DNA of 64,000 nucleotides from Eubacteriales bacterium SKADARSKE-1 (GTDB lineage Bacteria; Bacillota; Clostridia; Oscillospirales; Acutalibacteraceae): NCBI GenBank assembly GCA_030920305.1, contig JARLUB010000004.1, positions 43,558 to 107,557 of the forward strand, read 5' to 3'. Shown piece by piece: positions 56,005 to 64,000 of this stretch (position 1 is its first letter; each line of letters starts with the position of its first letter). The notes under the pieces were generated by a model. It saw only the letters and a program-made list of their open reading frames with translations, ran no database searches and was not told where the DNA came from. The position numbers and the translations under genes were made by a program.

Positions 56005-56926
56005 TTAAGTCATCCTCATAATCTAAAGATATAGCGGTAATTAAAGGGCAAATATCTTTTGCAAGATTCTTTAAGACATTTTTAGGCCCGACTTCAACTA
56101 ATAAATTGGCGCCATTTTTAATGACATATTCAACGGAACTTGTCCAAATAACAGGGCTTGTAATTTGTTCTGCTAGATTGTTAACAATAGAGTTTTTATT
56201 TAAGTATGGTACAGCGGTAACATTAGATATTATAGGAGTATTGATATCATTATATTTATATTTATTTAGTTCTACCTTAAATTTTTGAGCAGCTTTTTTC
56301 ATAAATTGGCTATGAAACGGAGCCGAAACATGAAGAGGCAAAACCAAAAAACCTTTTTTCTTTAATTTGTCTTTTAAAATTTCTAGAGGCTCTAGTTTAC
56401 CTGAAACAACAACTTGTTTTGGTGAATTATAATTTGAAATTTCAACAGATGGATAAACATCTGAAACTTCTTGGCAACATTTTTTAATTATTCCTAAATC
56501 TTGGCCAATAACAGCAATCATAGAGCCAAAGCCTTTTTCACAGCATTTTTGCATGTATGAGCTGCGAGCTTTTATAAGATTAATAGTATCAGAAAAACTA
56601 ATAATTGCAGCACAAGATAGGGCTGAAATTTCACCCAAACTGTGCCCCAAAAAAAATGAAGGAGAGATATTTTGGCTTTTTATATATAGTTGGTACATAA
56701 TAAAACTTACAACAAATAAGGCTGGTTGAGCGTGAATAGTTTGGGTTAAATCTTCACTTTTTCCATCAAAGCAAATGGAAGCTAAATCAAAGCCTAATAT
56801 TTCATTTGCTTCTTTAAAAGTTCTTTTAGCAAAATCGGAGCTATCATATAACTTTTTGCCCATGCCGACATATTGAGATCCTTGCCCGGGAAACATAACA
56901 GCAACTTTGATATTATTATGTGACAT
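55961..56926 (-). CDS. fabD: Malonyl-CoA:ACP transacylase
   Basis: Contains MFPGQGSQYVGMG, the active-site motif LGHSLGEISAL and VSAPFHS. Confidence 0.9.
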   Translation of the reverse strand: MSHNNIKVAVMFPGQGSQYVGMGKKLYDSSDFAKRTFKEANEILGFDLASICFDGKSEDLTQTIHAQPALFVVSFIMYQLYIKSQNISPSFFLGHSLGEISALSCAAIISFSDTINLIKARSSYMQKCCEKGFGSMIAVIGQDLGIIKKCCQEVSDVYPSVEISNYNSPKQVVVSGKLEPLEILKDKLKKKGFLVLPLHVSAPFHSQFMKKAAQKFKVELNKYKYNDINTPIISNVTAVPYLNKNSIVNNLAEQITSPVIWTSSVEYVIKNGANLLVEVGPKNVLKNLAKDICPLITAISLDYEDDLNEWLQYSSAAISNK

Positions 56927-56944
56927 TTTATACTCTCCAAAAAC

Positions 56945-57184
56945 CTATTTGTTTTTAGCTTCAGTTATGATAGATACAATATCTTTAATTGTTTTCATTT
57001 CAGAAATTTTTTCGGAAGGAACCAAAACTTTAAAAGTATCCTCAATCATTCCAAAAACCTCTAAAATGTTTAATGAATCCATGCCGACATCTTCAATTAA
57101 ATTAGCATCATCCGGTATTGCAAATCCGTCTTTGCCAATAATTTTGCCCAGTTCCTCTCGAACTTTCTTTTCAATTTCGCTCAT
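56945..57184 (-). CDS. acpP: Acyl carrier protein
   Basis: The phosphopantetheine site is GMDSLNILE. The ATG at 57184 lies 8 nt after GGAGG, whereas the ORF-track frame starts at a TTG at 57199. Confidence 0.85.
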   Translation of the reverse strand: MSEIEKKVREELGKIIGKDGFAIPDDANLIEDVGMDSLNILEVFGMIEDTFKVLVPSEKISEMKTIKDIVSIITEAKNK

Positions 57185-57274
57185 AACCATAACCTCCAAT
57201 TTTTAATATTTATGTGATGATTATAACAATAATAAATCCACAGGTCAATTAATTTGGTGCAAATATATTAAAAA

Positions 57275-57682
57275 TCATAAAAGAGCAACAGTAAGTTTAG
57301 CAGAAGCAATAAGGCTATTATCTACGCTTACACTACAATTGGCAGTGATAATTCGAATAGAATCTTTAATAAGGTCCATCCTTATTAGCAAAATATTGCC
57401 GGGTACCGCCATTTTTTTAAATTTGGCATTGTTTATTTCTGCTAACAAAGGAAGTCCTTGCCGCCGCTGTGACGCAAATACAGCAATAAGTTGTGCCATA
57501 ATTTCGCACAGAATGCTCCCAGGAACAATAGGCTTATTTGGGTAGTGACCGTTAAAAAAGAATTCTTTTCCGGTTACTTTGTACTTTCCAACAGCTGAGT
57601 TATCGTCAAGGTTTATAACTTCATCTAAAATTAGCATGTCAACTCGATGCGGGATAAGTTTCATTATTTCATTTCTATCCAT
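57275..57682 (-). CDS. fabZ: FabZ/FabA-like 3-hydroxyacyl-ACP dehydratase
   Basis: Contains FNGHYPNKPIVPGSILCEIMAQL, with His and Glu present. Confidence 0.85.
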   Translation of the reverse strand: MDRNEIMKLIPHRVDMLILDEVINLDDNSAVGKYKVTGKEFFFNGHYPNKPIVPGSILCEIMAQLIAVFASQRRQGLPLLAEINNAKFKKMAVPGNILLIRMDLIKDSIRIITANCSVSVDNSLIASAKLTVALL

Positions 57683-57686
57683 AAAG

Positions 57687-58601
57687 TCACCTCACAAGTT
57701 GTATTACTGATACAAATCCAATGTTATTAACTGAAATTATAATACAATCATTTTTATTGTTATTTTCATATTCAAAAAGAGCGTTCCCAATATTTATCAT
57801 AGGTGTTAAGGAAAGTGCTTCTTTATTTATACCAATTTTTATATTGCAATTTTTGTTTTTAAAAGTATCATTTAATAAATCAGAAGATCCAGATAAATAA
57901 AAATCTGTTTTAGCAAGATCAAGATTAAAGTGATTTGCTAAATTTTGAAGATAGGTGCCAATGTTTTCTGTGCCTACATATTTAGACTCATAATTTTTAA
58001 TATAAGCTAGTGGCTTTGCTTTGTCTTGCAAAATATTATCTTTTGCAATCAAAAAAGCCGCGGCTCCTATTTCTTCAGTTGCACAAGCAAAAGTTATAGA
58101 TGAATTTTTATAATTAATGTCATCGCAAGTGCTAATAATAGCGTCAAGCCCAGAGTTTATACCATTGCAAATAGATGATACTCTGTTTTTAAATTGGTTC
58201 CAAATACAAAGCCTACTAGCAGCAGCATTTCCAACCGTGTTTGTAAATTGTGTAGCGTTTACAAAGTTAACCCCTTTTTCTTTTGCAGACAAAATAAACT
58301 CACATATAGGATAAAGTGCAGCACTAAAACTACCGGCTACTACACTAATGTCAGATTTGTCAATTGTATTATAAAATTCATCTTTAGAAGCTTGACTTAC
58401 AGCTGCCTGTAGTGACAGTGACTGTAGGTCTATCATCCGGGTATTGATATTATTAAGAATGATTGACAACTTATCAAAATCTGAAAAAGGAAGGGGAGAG
58501 ATGCTCATATTAGTTTTATCTATAAATTTTGGTATGCCTTTATATGTTAGTTGCTGATTGTCAAGATAATAATAGGCAGAAAAAATAGCACAGTTTTGCA
58601 T
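57687..58601 (-). CDS. Short degenerate ketosynthase-like protein (chain-length-factor-like partner with both catalytic His replaced)
   Basis: The thiolase-fold N-half pattern is NTVGNAAASRL...SSICNGINSGLDAI. It reads FYLSGSS where a KS has AHGTGT, and TPMINIGNALFE where a KS has KSMIGHSLGAA. It overlaps the upstream KS by 1 nt. Confidence 0.65.
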   Translation of the reverse strand: MQNCAIFSAYYYLDNQQLTYKGIPKFIDKTNMSISPLPFSDFDKLSIILNNINTRMIDLQSLSLQAAVSQASKDEFYNTIDKSDISVVAGSFSAALYPICEFILSAKEKGVNFVNATQFTNTVGNAAASRLCIWNQFKNRVSSICNGINSGLDAIISTCDDINYKNSSITFACATEEIGAAAFLIAKDNILQDKAKPLAYIKNYESKYVGTENIGTYLQNLANHFNLDLAKTDFYLSGSSDLLNDTFKNKNCNIKIGINKEALSLTPMINIGNALFEYENNNKNDCIIISVNNIGFVSVIQLVR

Positions 58602-59842
58602 TAGTTTTTTCCTCCTTTAAGCCTTGAAATTACAAGACAAGAATTGTTGCCTCCAAAAGCAAAGGCGTTGGAAATAATATTATTAATTTTCATATTTCGA
58701 GCAACGTTTGGGATGCAATCAACGGGGCAATCTTCATCAAAAATTTCAAAATTGGCCGTTGGGACAGCAACATTATTTTGTATCATTAAAAGGCAAGCTA
58801 TAGCTTCAATTGCCGCAGCAGCGCCAAGAGAGTGCCCAATCATGGATTTAATTGAGCTAACCGGAGGCACTTTGTTTTTAAAAACCGATAACAGTGCCTT
58901 TGATTCAATTTTATCATTCACAGAAGTTCCAGTTCCGTGTGCACTTATATAATCAATGTCTTCTGGGTCAAGCCCTGAGTTTTTTAAAGCTTCATTTATA
59001 CTTTTAATAGCCCCGGTGGCATCGGGGCTTGGGGAAGTGATGTGAAATGCATCAACGCCAAGGCCGTAACCTTTTATTTCACCATAAATATAAGCATTTC
59101 GCGCCAGGGCTCGATCTAGTTCTTCAAGAACTAAAAAAGCAGCGCCTTCACTGACAATTAAACCTTTTCGATTTTTATCAAAAGGTCGGCATAAATTTGG
59201 TGTTAAAGATAAAAGTCGGTTAAATCCCATTAATGCCGGTAATGACAATGAATCAACTCCACCGACTAGCGCTAAAGTGGATTCATTGTTTTTTATTTTA
59301 TCAAAGCCCCAACCAATAGAATAGTTTCCAGCAGCACAAGCATTTAAAAACATTCTAGTTTGTGAATTCTTTAAGGAAAAGTATTTACACAATGTGGTCA
59401 TAATAGAGCTGGGCGCTAAATCTTGCAACATAGAAATATTGAAATTTTCCTTTTGAGATAAAATATTTTCTGCAGACTCAAAGTCTATATCATGATTTGG
59501 TCTATTAGAATTTTTCCCCATAGTGGTGCCAATGGCAAGTGCTATGTTTTTCTCATCTTCAACTTTAATTTTGCTATCGCTAATTGCCATATTTAAAGCC
59601 GCAATAGAAAGCCTTTGTGATCTTTCAAGAAAGCTTGTATCAATTCCATTTTTATTTTCTATGTAGGTTTTATTGGTAAATTCTTTAATTTCGCCGGCTA
59701 TTTGAATTCTCAAATCTTTGCAGTTTAGCATTGTAACAGGGCCTGTAGATGTTTTTCCGCTTGATATATTACTCCAAAAAATATTTTTTTCAAGGCTTCC
59801 TGGAGCCATAACACCAACACCAGTTACGACAACTCTTTTCAT
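58601..59842 (-). CDS. Beta-ketoacyl-ACP synthase (FabF/KS-alpha type, Cys-His-His intact)
   Basis: Contains LNACAAGNYSIG, YISAHGTGTSVND and KSMIGHSLGAAAAIE. Confidence 0.9.
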   Translation of the reverse strand: MKRVVVTGVGVMAPGSLEKNIFWSNISSGKTSTGPVTMLNCKDLRIQIAGEIKEFTNKTYIENKNGIDTSFLERSQRLSIAALNMAISDSKIKVEDEKNIALAIGTTMGKNSNRPNHDIDFESAENILSQKENFNISMLQDLAPSSIMTTLCKYFSLKNSQTRMFLNACAAGNYSIGWGFDKIKNNESTLALVGGVDSLSLPALMGFNRLLSLTPNLCRPFDKNRKGLIVSEGAAFLVLEELDRALARNAYIYGEIKGYGLGVDAFHITSPSPDATGAIKSINEALKNSGLDPEDIDYISAHGTGTSVNDKIESKALLSVFKNKVPPVSSIKSMIGHSLGAAAAIEAIACLLMIQNNVAVPTANFEIFDEDCPVDCIPNVARNMKINNIISNAFAFGGNNSCLVISRLKGGKN

Positions 59843-59857
59843 TTTGCTGTTTCCTTT

Positions 59858-60733
59858 CTAATCTAAATCTATAAATGTAAAAAATTCATACTTTTTATGT
59901 TCATACAAGTTTTTAAAGTAAAGAGATAAAAATTTAAGAGTTTTTTCATTGTCTATTGCAATAGCACATAGGGCTTGCTTGTTTTTATATTGTTCTGCAT
60001 GAAATTTAATAGCTTTGTTTATAATAAAAAAGCCAAGTGCTGAATTTCTATAATCTTCCCGAACAAAAAAAGACCGATATAAAATAATGTCACCAGGTGC
60101 GCTAAGTCCGGTTATCCAACCTACTATTTCATTTTGGTCAGTAATTGCAAACCAAGTGTTTGTAGCAGATAAGTCATGCTCGTTTGCAAAAGGAGATAAA
60201 TTGTCTGGAAAGTGTAGAGTCTCATTGTTTTTTATCTTGTCCAACAAAGGCGGATCTATTTCATTTATAGAGACTATTTTAACATTTTTAGGACAAGTAA
60301 AAATTGATGTATAAGCTGACTTTACAAAGGAATTATTCTTTAACAAAACATCTGGATTAAACCTATATATTACTGTAAGCAGTTCTGGTTTAGAAAAGCC
60401 ATATTTATATAAAAATCTTCCTAGTTCATCTATAGATTTTTTTGAGGTAACCGCTTGAAATATTATTTTTTTACAGCCTTTTTCTTTTAAAGTGTTTATT
60501 AAAAGCTTAATAAGAGCTGGTCCGATACTTTGATATCGAAAAATTTGGGATATAAAAAAAACTTTTATATCCCATTGATCTATTTCTTCTTCACTTTTTT
60601 CAGCTAAAATTATGCCGCAGGCGAATTCTCCTGCTTTTGCACCAAAAGCTAGGGTATTTTGACCTATTGTATTGTTTAAGATAAACTTCTCGTAAAACTT
60701 AGCATTTGAAGTATCGATTTTTTCAATAGTCAT
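59858..60733 (-). CDS. Two-domain GNAT-family acyltransferase
   Basis: N-domain motif A is FISQIFRYQSIGPALIKLLINTLKEKG. The second GNAT-like half is LYRSFFVREDYRNSALGFFIINKAIKF. It is the first gene of the operon. Confidence 0.7.
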   Translation of the reverse strand: MTIEKIDTSNAKFYEKFILNNTIGQNTLAFGAKAGEFACGIILAEKSEEEIDQWDIKVFFISQIFRYQSIGPALIKLLINTLKEKGCKKIIFQAVTSKKSIDELGRFLYKYGFSKPELLTVIYRFNPDVLLKNNSFVKSAYTSIFTCPKNVKIVSINEIDPPLLDKIKNNETLHFPDNLSPFANEHDLSATNTWFAITDQNEIVGWITGLSAPGDIILYRSFFVREDYRNSALGFFIINKAIKFHAEQYKNKQALCAIAIDNEKTLKFLSLYFKNLYEHKKYEFFTFIDLD

Positions 60734-60952
60734 AAAAAACCCACCTTTTTTATGATCAAATATACGTATATATTTGTTTATAATGTTTAATTATCAATTA
60801 TATACTTGTGCATAATAATTTTTTAAAAAATTCAAATAATATGATATAATTATACAATAAGAAGTTTTGTTGTGCAATACCTATAATTCAATTAAAAACA
60901 AGGTAAGGAGAAGCTTTTCAGAAAAGGTAAATCTGATAAGCTAAAGAAACAC

Positions 60953-61699
60953 ATGTTTAGCTTAAAAAATAAGGTAGCAGTTGTAACGGGAGCGTCTCGT
61001 GGAATAGGTCAGGCAATAGCAATAAAGATGGCTGAAAGTGGTGCTGATATTGCGTTGATCTATGCTAAGAATGAAAAAAAAGCGAATAAAGTTAAATCGA
61101 CTATAATTAATATGGGTCAAAAGGCAATTACATATCAATGTGACGTTTCAGACTTTGATGAGAGTAAGATGTTAATATATAAAATAATGCAGGACTTTCA
61201 AACTATAGATATATTGGTAAATAATGCGGGAATCGTTAAGGATAATTTGCTTTTTTCTATGACAAATGAGGATTTTAATGAAGTTATAAAAGTAAATCTA
61301 AATGGCACTTTTAATATGATTCATCATACTTATTTGAATTTTGTTAAAAAGAAAAATGGACGAATAATAAATATATCTTCAATACTAGGTGTTTGCGGTA
61401 GTAAAGGTGGAGCAAACTATGCAGCTTCTAAAGCGGGAATCATAGGGCTTTCAAAGTCTGTTGCTAAAGAGTTAGCAGCCTTTGGTGTTACTTGTAACGT
61501 TATTGCACCCGGATATATAAGAACAGATATGACAAATGGCTTAAGTGATAGTTCAAAAGAAATATTTGCAAAGGAAATTCCTTTAAAGAAATTTGGCGAT
61601 GCCGATGATATAGCAGCAGCAGCTGTGTTTTTAGCATCGGAAGAATCTAAATATGTGACTGGAGAAGTTTTAAAAGTGGATGGCGGATTGTTGATGTAA
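60953..61699 (+). CDS. fabG: 3-oxoacyl-ACP reductase (SDR)
   Basis: Contains VVTGASRGIGQAIA, NNAG and YAASKAG. It is divergent from the KS operon. Confidence 0.9.
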   Translation: MFSLKNKVAVVTGASRGIGQAIAIKMAESGADIALIYAKNEKKANKVKSTIINMGQKAITYQCDVSDFDESKMLIYKIMQDFQTIDILVNNAGIVKDNLLFSMTNEDFNEVIKVNLNGTFNMIHHTYLNFVKKKNGRIINISSILGVCGSKGGANYAASKAGIIGLSKSVAKELAAFGVTCNVIAPGYIRTDMTNGLSDSSKEIFAKEIPLKKFGDADDIAAAAVFLASEESKYVTGEVLKVDGGLLM

Positions 61700-61704
61700 A
61701 AGTG

Positions 61705-61733
61705 TTGACAGAAAAATATTTGTGTGGTAATAT
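61705..61733 (+). promoter_or_regulatory. SigmaA promoter of rplJ-rplL
   Basis: TTGACA (61705-61710), 17-nt spacer, TGg-TAATAT (61725-61733) with an extended -10. Confidence 0.7.
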
Positions 61734-61739
61734 AATTAA

Positions 61740-61868
61740 AGCTGTTTTTCCAAAGACAGTAGGTGCATGTTTTGTGCGTAAAATTTTTTACCTACCGAGG
61801 ATAAGCATATAAGTACATTATTTTTTAGTATTTATGCTTCTTCCGCGGGTTGTGGAAGAAGCTTTTTT
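61740..61868 (+). promoter_or_regulatory. Probable ribosomal protein L10 leader (autoregulatory 5' UTR with attenuator hairpin)
   Basis: The stem is cagtaggt...acctaccg. It is followed by hairpin gcttcttcc gcgggttgt ggaagaagc plus tttttt (61836-68), upstream of rplJ. Confidence 0.55.
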
Positions 61869-61910
61869 ATGTATGTACCGATTAAGAAACTTTTGTGGAG
61901 GTGAATAAAT

Positions 61911-62441
61911 TTGCCAAGTAATAAAGTTTTAGAGCAGAAGAAAGTGTTAGTTTCAGATCTTTCTGAAAAACTAAAGGGCTCATGTGCGGGTGTTTTTGTA
62001 GACTATAAAGGCATAAGCGTTGCAGATGATACTAAACTTAGAAAAGAATTAAGAGAAGCTGGTGTAGAGTATTCGGTTATAAAAAACACCATGTTACTTA
62101 GAGCTTCTGAGCAAGCTGGTCTTGAGGGGCTTGATTCAATTTTAAAAGGTACAACTGCCGTTGCAATTAGTAAAGATGACTATGTTTCTGCTGCCAAAAT
62201 TCTTGCTAAGTTTTCTAAAGACAATAAGTTTTTTAAAACAAAAGCTGGATTTGTTGATGGTAGAGTCATTGGGGCATTAGATGTTGAAGAGCTCGCAAAA
62301 TTACCAAGCAAGGAAGTGCTTTTGGCCCAAGTTTTGGGTACAATGAATGCGCCAATTGCTGGTCTTGCAACCGTTTTAAATGGTACAATCAGAGGGCTTG
62401 CAATTGCACTTTCCGCTATAGCAGAAAAACAAAGCGCATAA
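61911..62441 (+). CDS. rplJ: 50S ribosomal protein L10
   Basis: The TTG start follows 'ggaggtg'. Contains VFVDYKGISVADDTKLRKELREAGVEYSVIKNT. Confidence 0.95.
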   Translation: MPSNKVLEQKKVLVSDLSEKLKGSCAGVFVDYKGISVADDTKLRKELREAGVEYSVIKNTMLLRASEQAGLEGLDSILKGTTAVAISKDDYVSAAKILAKFSKDNKFFKTKAGFVDGRVIGALDVEELAKLPSKEVLLAQVLGTMNAPIAGLATVLNGTIRGLAIALSAIAEKQSA

Positions 62442-62492
62442 CAATTTTAAAGATAAATTTAATTATTAAAAAATTTTTGGAGGTTATTTATT

Positions 62493-62873
62493 ATGTCAGA
62501 GAAAGTTACAAAATTAATTGAAGATGTTAAAGCATTGACCGTTTTAGAATTAAGTGAGCTTGTAAAAGCTCTTGAAGAGGAATTTGGTGTTTCAGCAGCA
62601 GCTCCTGCAGCTGTAGCAGTTGCAGCTCCTGCATCTGGCGGAGAATCTGCAGCTGAAGAAAAAACCGAATTCGATGTAGTTTTAAACGCTCCTGGAGCTA
62701 ATAAAGTTGTTGTTATTAAAACAGTAAAAGAAATTACTGGCCTTGGCTTAAAAGAAGCTAAAGATTTAGTTGATGGAGCACCTAAAACAATTAAAGAAGC
62801 AGTTTCTAAGGACGATGCTGAAGCCATCAAAGCAAAACTTACAGAAGCTGGCGCAGAAGTTGAAGTTAAATAA
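62493..62873 (+). CDS. rplL: 50S ribosomal protein L7/L12
   Basis: Contains [19 protein letters not shown], an Ala-rich hinge and [15 protein letters not shown]. Confidence 0.95.
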   Translation: MSEKVTKLIEDVKALTVLELSELVKALEEEFGVSAAAPAAVAVAAPASGGESAAEEKTEFDVVLNAPGANKVVVIKTVKEITGLGLKEAKDLVDGAPKTIKEAVSKDDAEAIKAKLTEAGAEVEVK

Positions 62874-62934
62874 CTTTTAGTAAATATAAAGCAAAATGGC
62901 TTTTAATTTTAACTGAAGCAATTATTTTGGAAAT

Positions 62935-62973
62935 AAACAACGACCGTCTGTTGAGCAGATAGTCGTTGTTTTT
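62935..62973 (+). terminator. Rho-independent terminator after rplL
   Basis: The stem is aaacaacgac / gtcgttgttt followed by ttt. Confidence 0.8.
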
Positions 62974-62992
62974 AATTATTGTAAAAATTTTA

Positions 62993-63607
62993 TTATGGTC
63001 TATTGTTACACTTTTTATCGAAACTAGGATTAAAGGCGTAAAAATTTTTACTGTTTAATTTATCAGTTAAAATTCTAAGTCCCTCACCAAATCTCTGATA
63101 ATGAACGACTTCTCTTGCTCTTAGAAATTCAATGGGGTCTTTTACGTCGGGGTCATCACAAAACCTCAAGATATTATCGTAAGTTGTGCGAGCTTTTTGT
63201 TCTGCTGCAAGGTTTTCATGAAGATCAGTTATTGGATCGCCTTTTGATTGTAAGACACTGGCAGAAAATGGGTGACCTGATGCAGCAGCAGGGTATATTC
63301 CTGTTGTGTGGTCCACATAATATGTTTCAAAACCAGCGTCTTTTATTTCTTTTAGAGTTAAATTTTTTGTTAGTTGATAAACTATGGCCCCAACCATCTC
63401 AAGGTGTGCCAATTCTTCAGTGCCTATATCGGTTAGTATGGCTTTAAGTTCAGGGTATGGCATAGTATACCTTTGGCTCAAGTATCGTAAGGATGCTCCC
63501 AACTCGCCGTCAGGGCCACCATACTGCGTTATTATCATTTTTGCCAGTTTTGCATTTGTCTTTGTTATATTTATAGGATATTCAAGTTTTTTTTCATAAA
63601 CCCACAT
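62993..63607 (-). CDS. cotJC: Spore coat protein CotJC (manganese catalase family)
   Basis: Contains MWVYEKKLEYP...QYGGPDGELGASLRYLSQRY...EELAHLEM. Confidence 0.9.
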   Translation of the reverse strand: MWVYEKKLEYPINITKTNAKLAKMIITQYGGPDGELGASLRYLSQRYTMPYPELKAILTDIGTEELAHLEMVGAIVYQLTKNLTLKEIKDAGFETYYVDHTTGIYPAAASGHPFSASVLQSKGDPITDLHENLAAEQKARTTYDNILRFCDDPDVKDPIEFLRAREVVHYQRFGEGLRILTDKLNSKNFYAFNPSFDKKCNNRP

Positions 63608-63872
63608 TTATTTTTTTTACCCCCTCGTCGGTATTATCCCATGGCCATGGGTTAGAAATCCAGGCCCAACGATTAGAATTTCTATCGCTTGCACTCAAAG
63701 GGCCAAATTTTGATTCATATTCTTTAGTGAGCGCTTGAGATTTAATTTGATATTCGTCCAATTTTGTTGCAGCATTAGTATCGTTGGGATGAGTATCGAG
63801 AAACATATGAAGTTCTATAATTGCAAAATCAATAATGGATATTTGACGTAACAGTCTTTCTCTTTCACTCAT
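63594..63872 (-). CDS. cotJB: Spore coat protein CotJB
   Basis: Contains MSERERLLRQISIIDFAIIELHMFLDTHPND. The ATG at 63872 is preferred over the GTG at 63881. It overlaps cotJC by 14 nt. Confidence 0.85.
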   Translation of the reverse strand: MSERERLLRQISIIDFAIIELHMFLDTHPNDTNAATKLDEYQIKSQALTKEYESKFGPLSASDRNSNRWAWISNPWPWDNTDEGVKKINVGL

Positions 63873-64000
63873 TTGTTTCACCTCCGCAACCTATAAACGG
63901 CTTATTCAAACAAGGAAAAAGGGTTCCAAATGGAAAGCCTTCTTCTGCAGAATAAATAGATACAGGGTTTTGATATGGAACATAGGCCATTGCGACTACC
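63865..64000 (-). CDS. cotJA: Spore coat-associated protein CotJA (ATG at 63990, or partial at the window edge)
   Basis: My own translation is MAYVPYQNPVSIYSAEEGFPFGTLFPCLNKPFIGCGGGETNE, with the stop at 63865-63867 overlapping the cotJB start. The frame stays open to the window end. Confidence 0.6.
   Translation of the reverse strand, partial: VVAMAYVPYQNPVSIYSAEEGFPFGTLFPCLNKPFIGCGGETNE

Noticed and set aside
55170-57206. Plus-strand ORFs 55170..55367, 56106..56288 and 56907..57206 within the fab-like operon
   Set aside because: All are antisense to well-supported accB, fabD and acpP genes and have no RBS.
62459-62830. 123-aa minus-strand ORF
   Set aside because: It is antisense to rplL (an Ala-rich gene gives an open reverse frame). 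rplL is unambiguous.

Overview
Low-GC chromosomal segment, about one third G+C by eye, from an endospore-forming Firmicute that is probably a Clostridia-type organism. Markers for this are cotJA/JB/JC, ylmC/ymxH, a ytaF/mntP-like gene, DUF1540, tmcAL and hisS-aspS. There are no rRNA or tRNA genes, CRISPR arrays, transposases or integrases. Most of the window is housekeeping: hisS, aspS, tex, ychF, comFC, tgt, queH, nth, mgsA, rplJ/rplL, two P-type ATPases and azlCD. Six regions stand out. (1) A protein has a Nif11-type double-glycine leader at its N-terminus. Its C-terminus reads like a eukaryotic nucleation-promoting-factor module: poly-Pro, WH2, central helix and acidic tail. (2) Three strongly promoted mini-protein genes carry double-glycine leaders, but no peptidase-ABC exporter is in the window. 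(3) A self-contained FAS-II/type-II-PKS-like operon encodes a dedicated acetyl-CoA carboxylase with an AccC-AccD fusion, a BirA-like ligase, FabD, ACP, FabZ, a KS with a degenerate KS-like partner, and a tandem GNAT. FabG is divergent, and there is no FabH, enoyl reductase or thioesterase. (4) A 2014-aa vWA plus pilin-isopeptide-repeat adhesin contains a ~1.6-kb block of much higher GC and has a non-canonical sorting signal. (5) A family of GC-rich intergenic elements is built from C-GNRA-G units between covarying outer arms. (6) A tandem array of small secreted Cys-containing proteins includes a frameshifted copy. All calls come from motif reading by eye; no database search was run.
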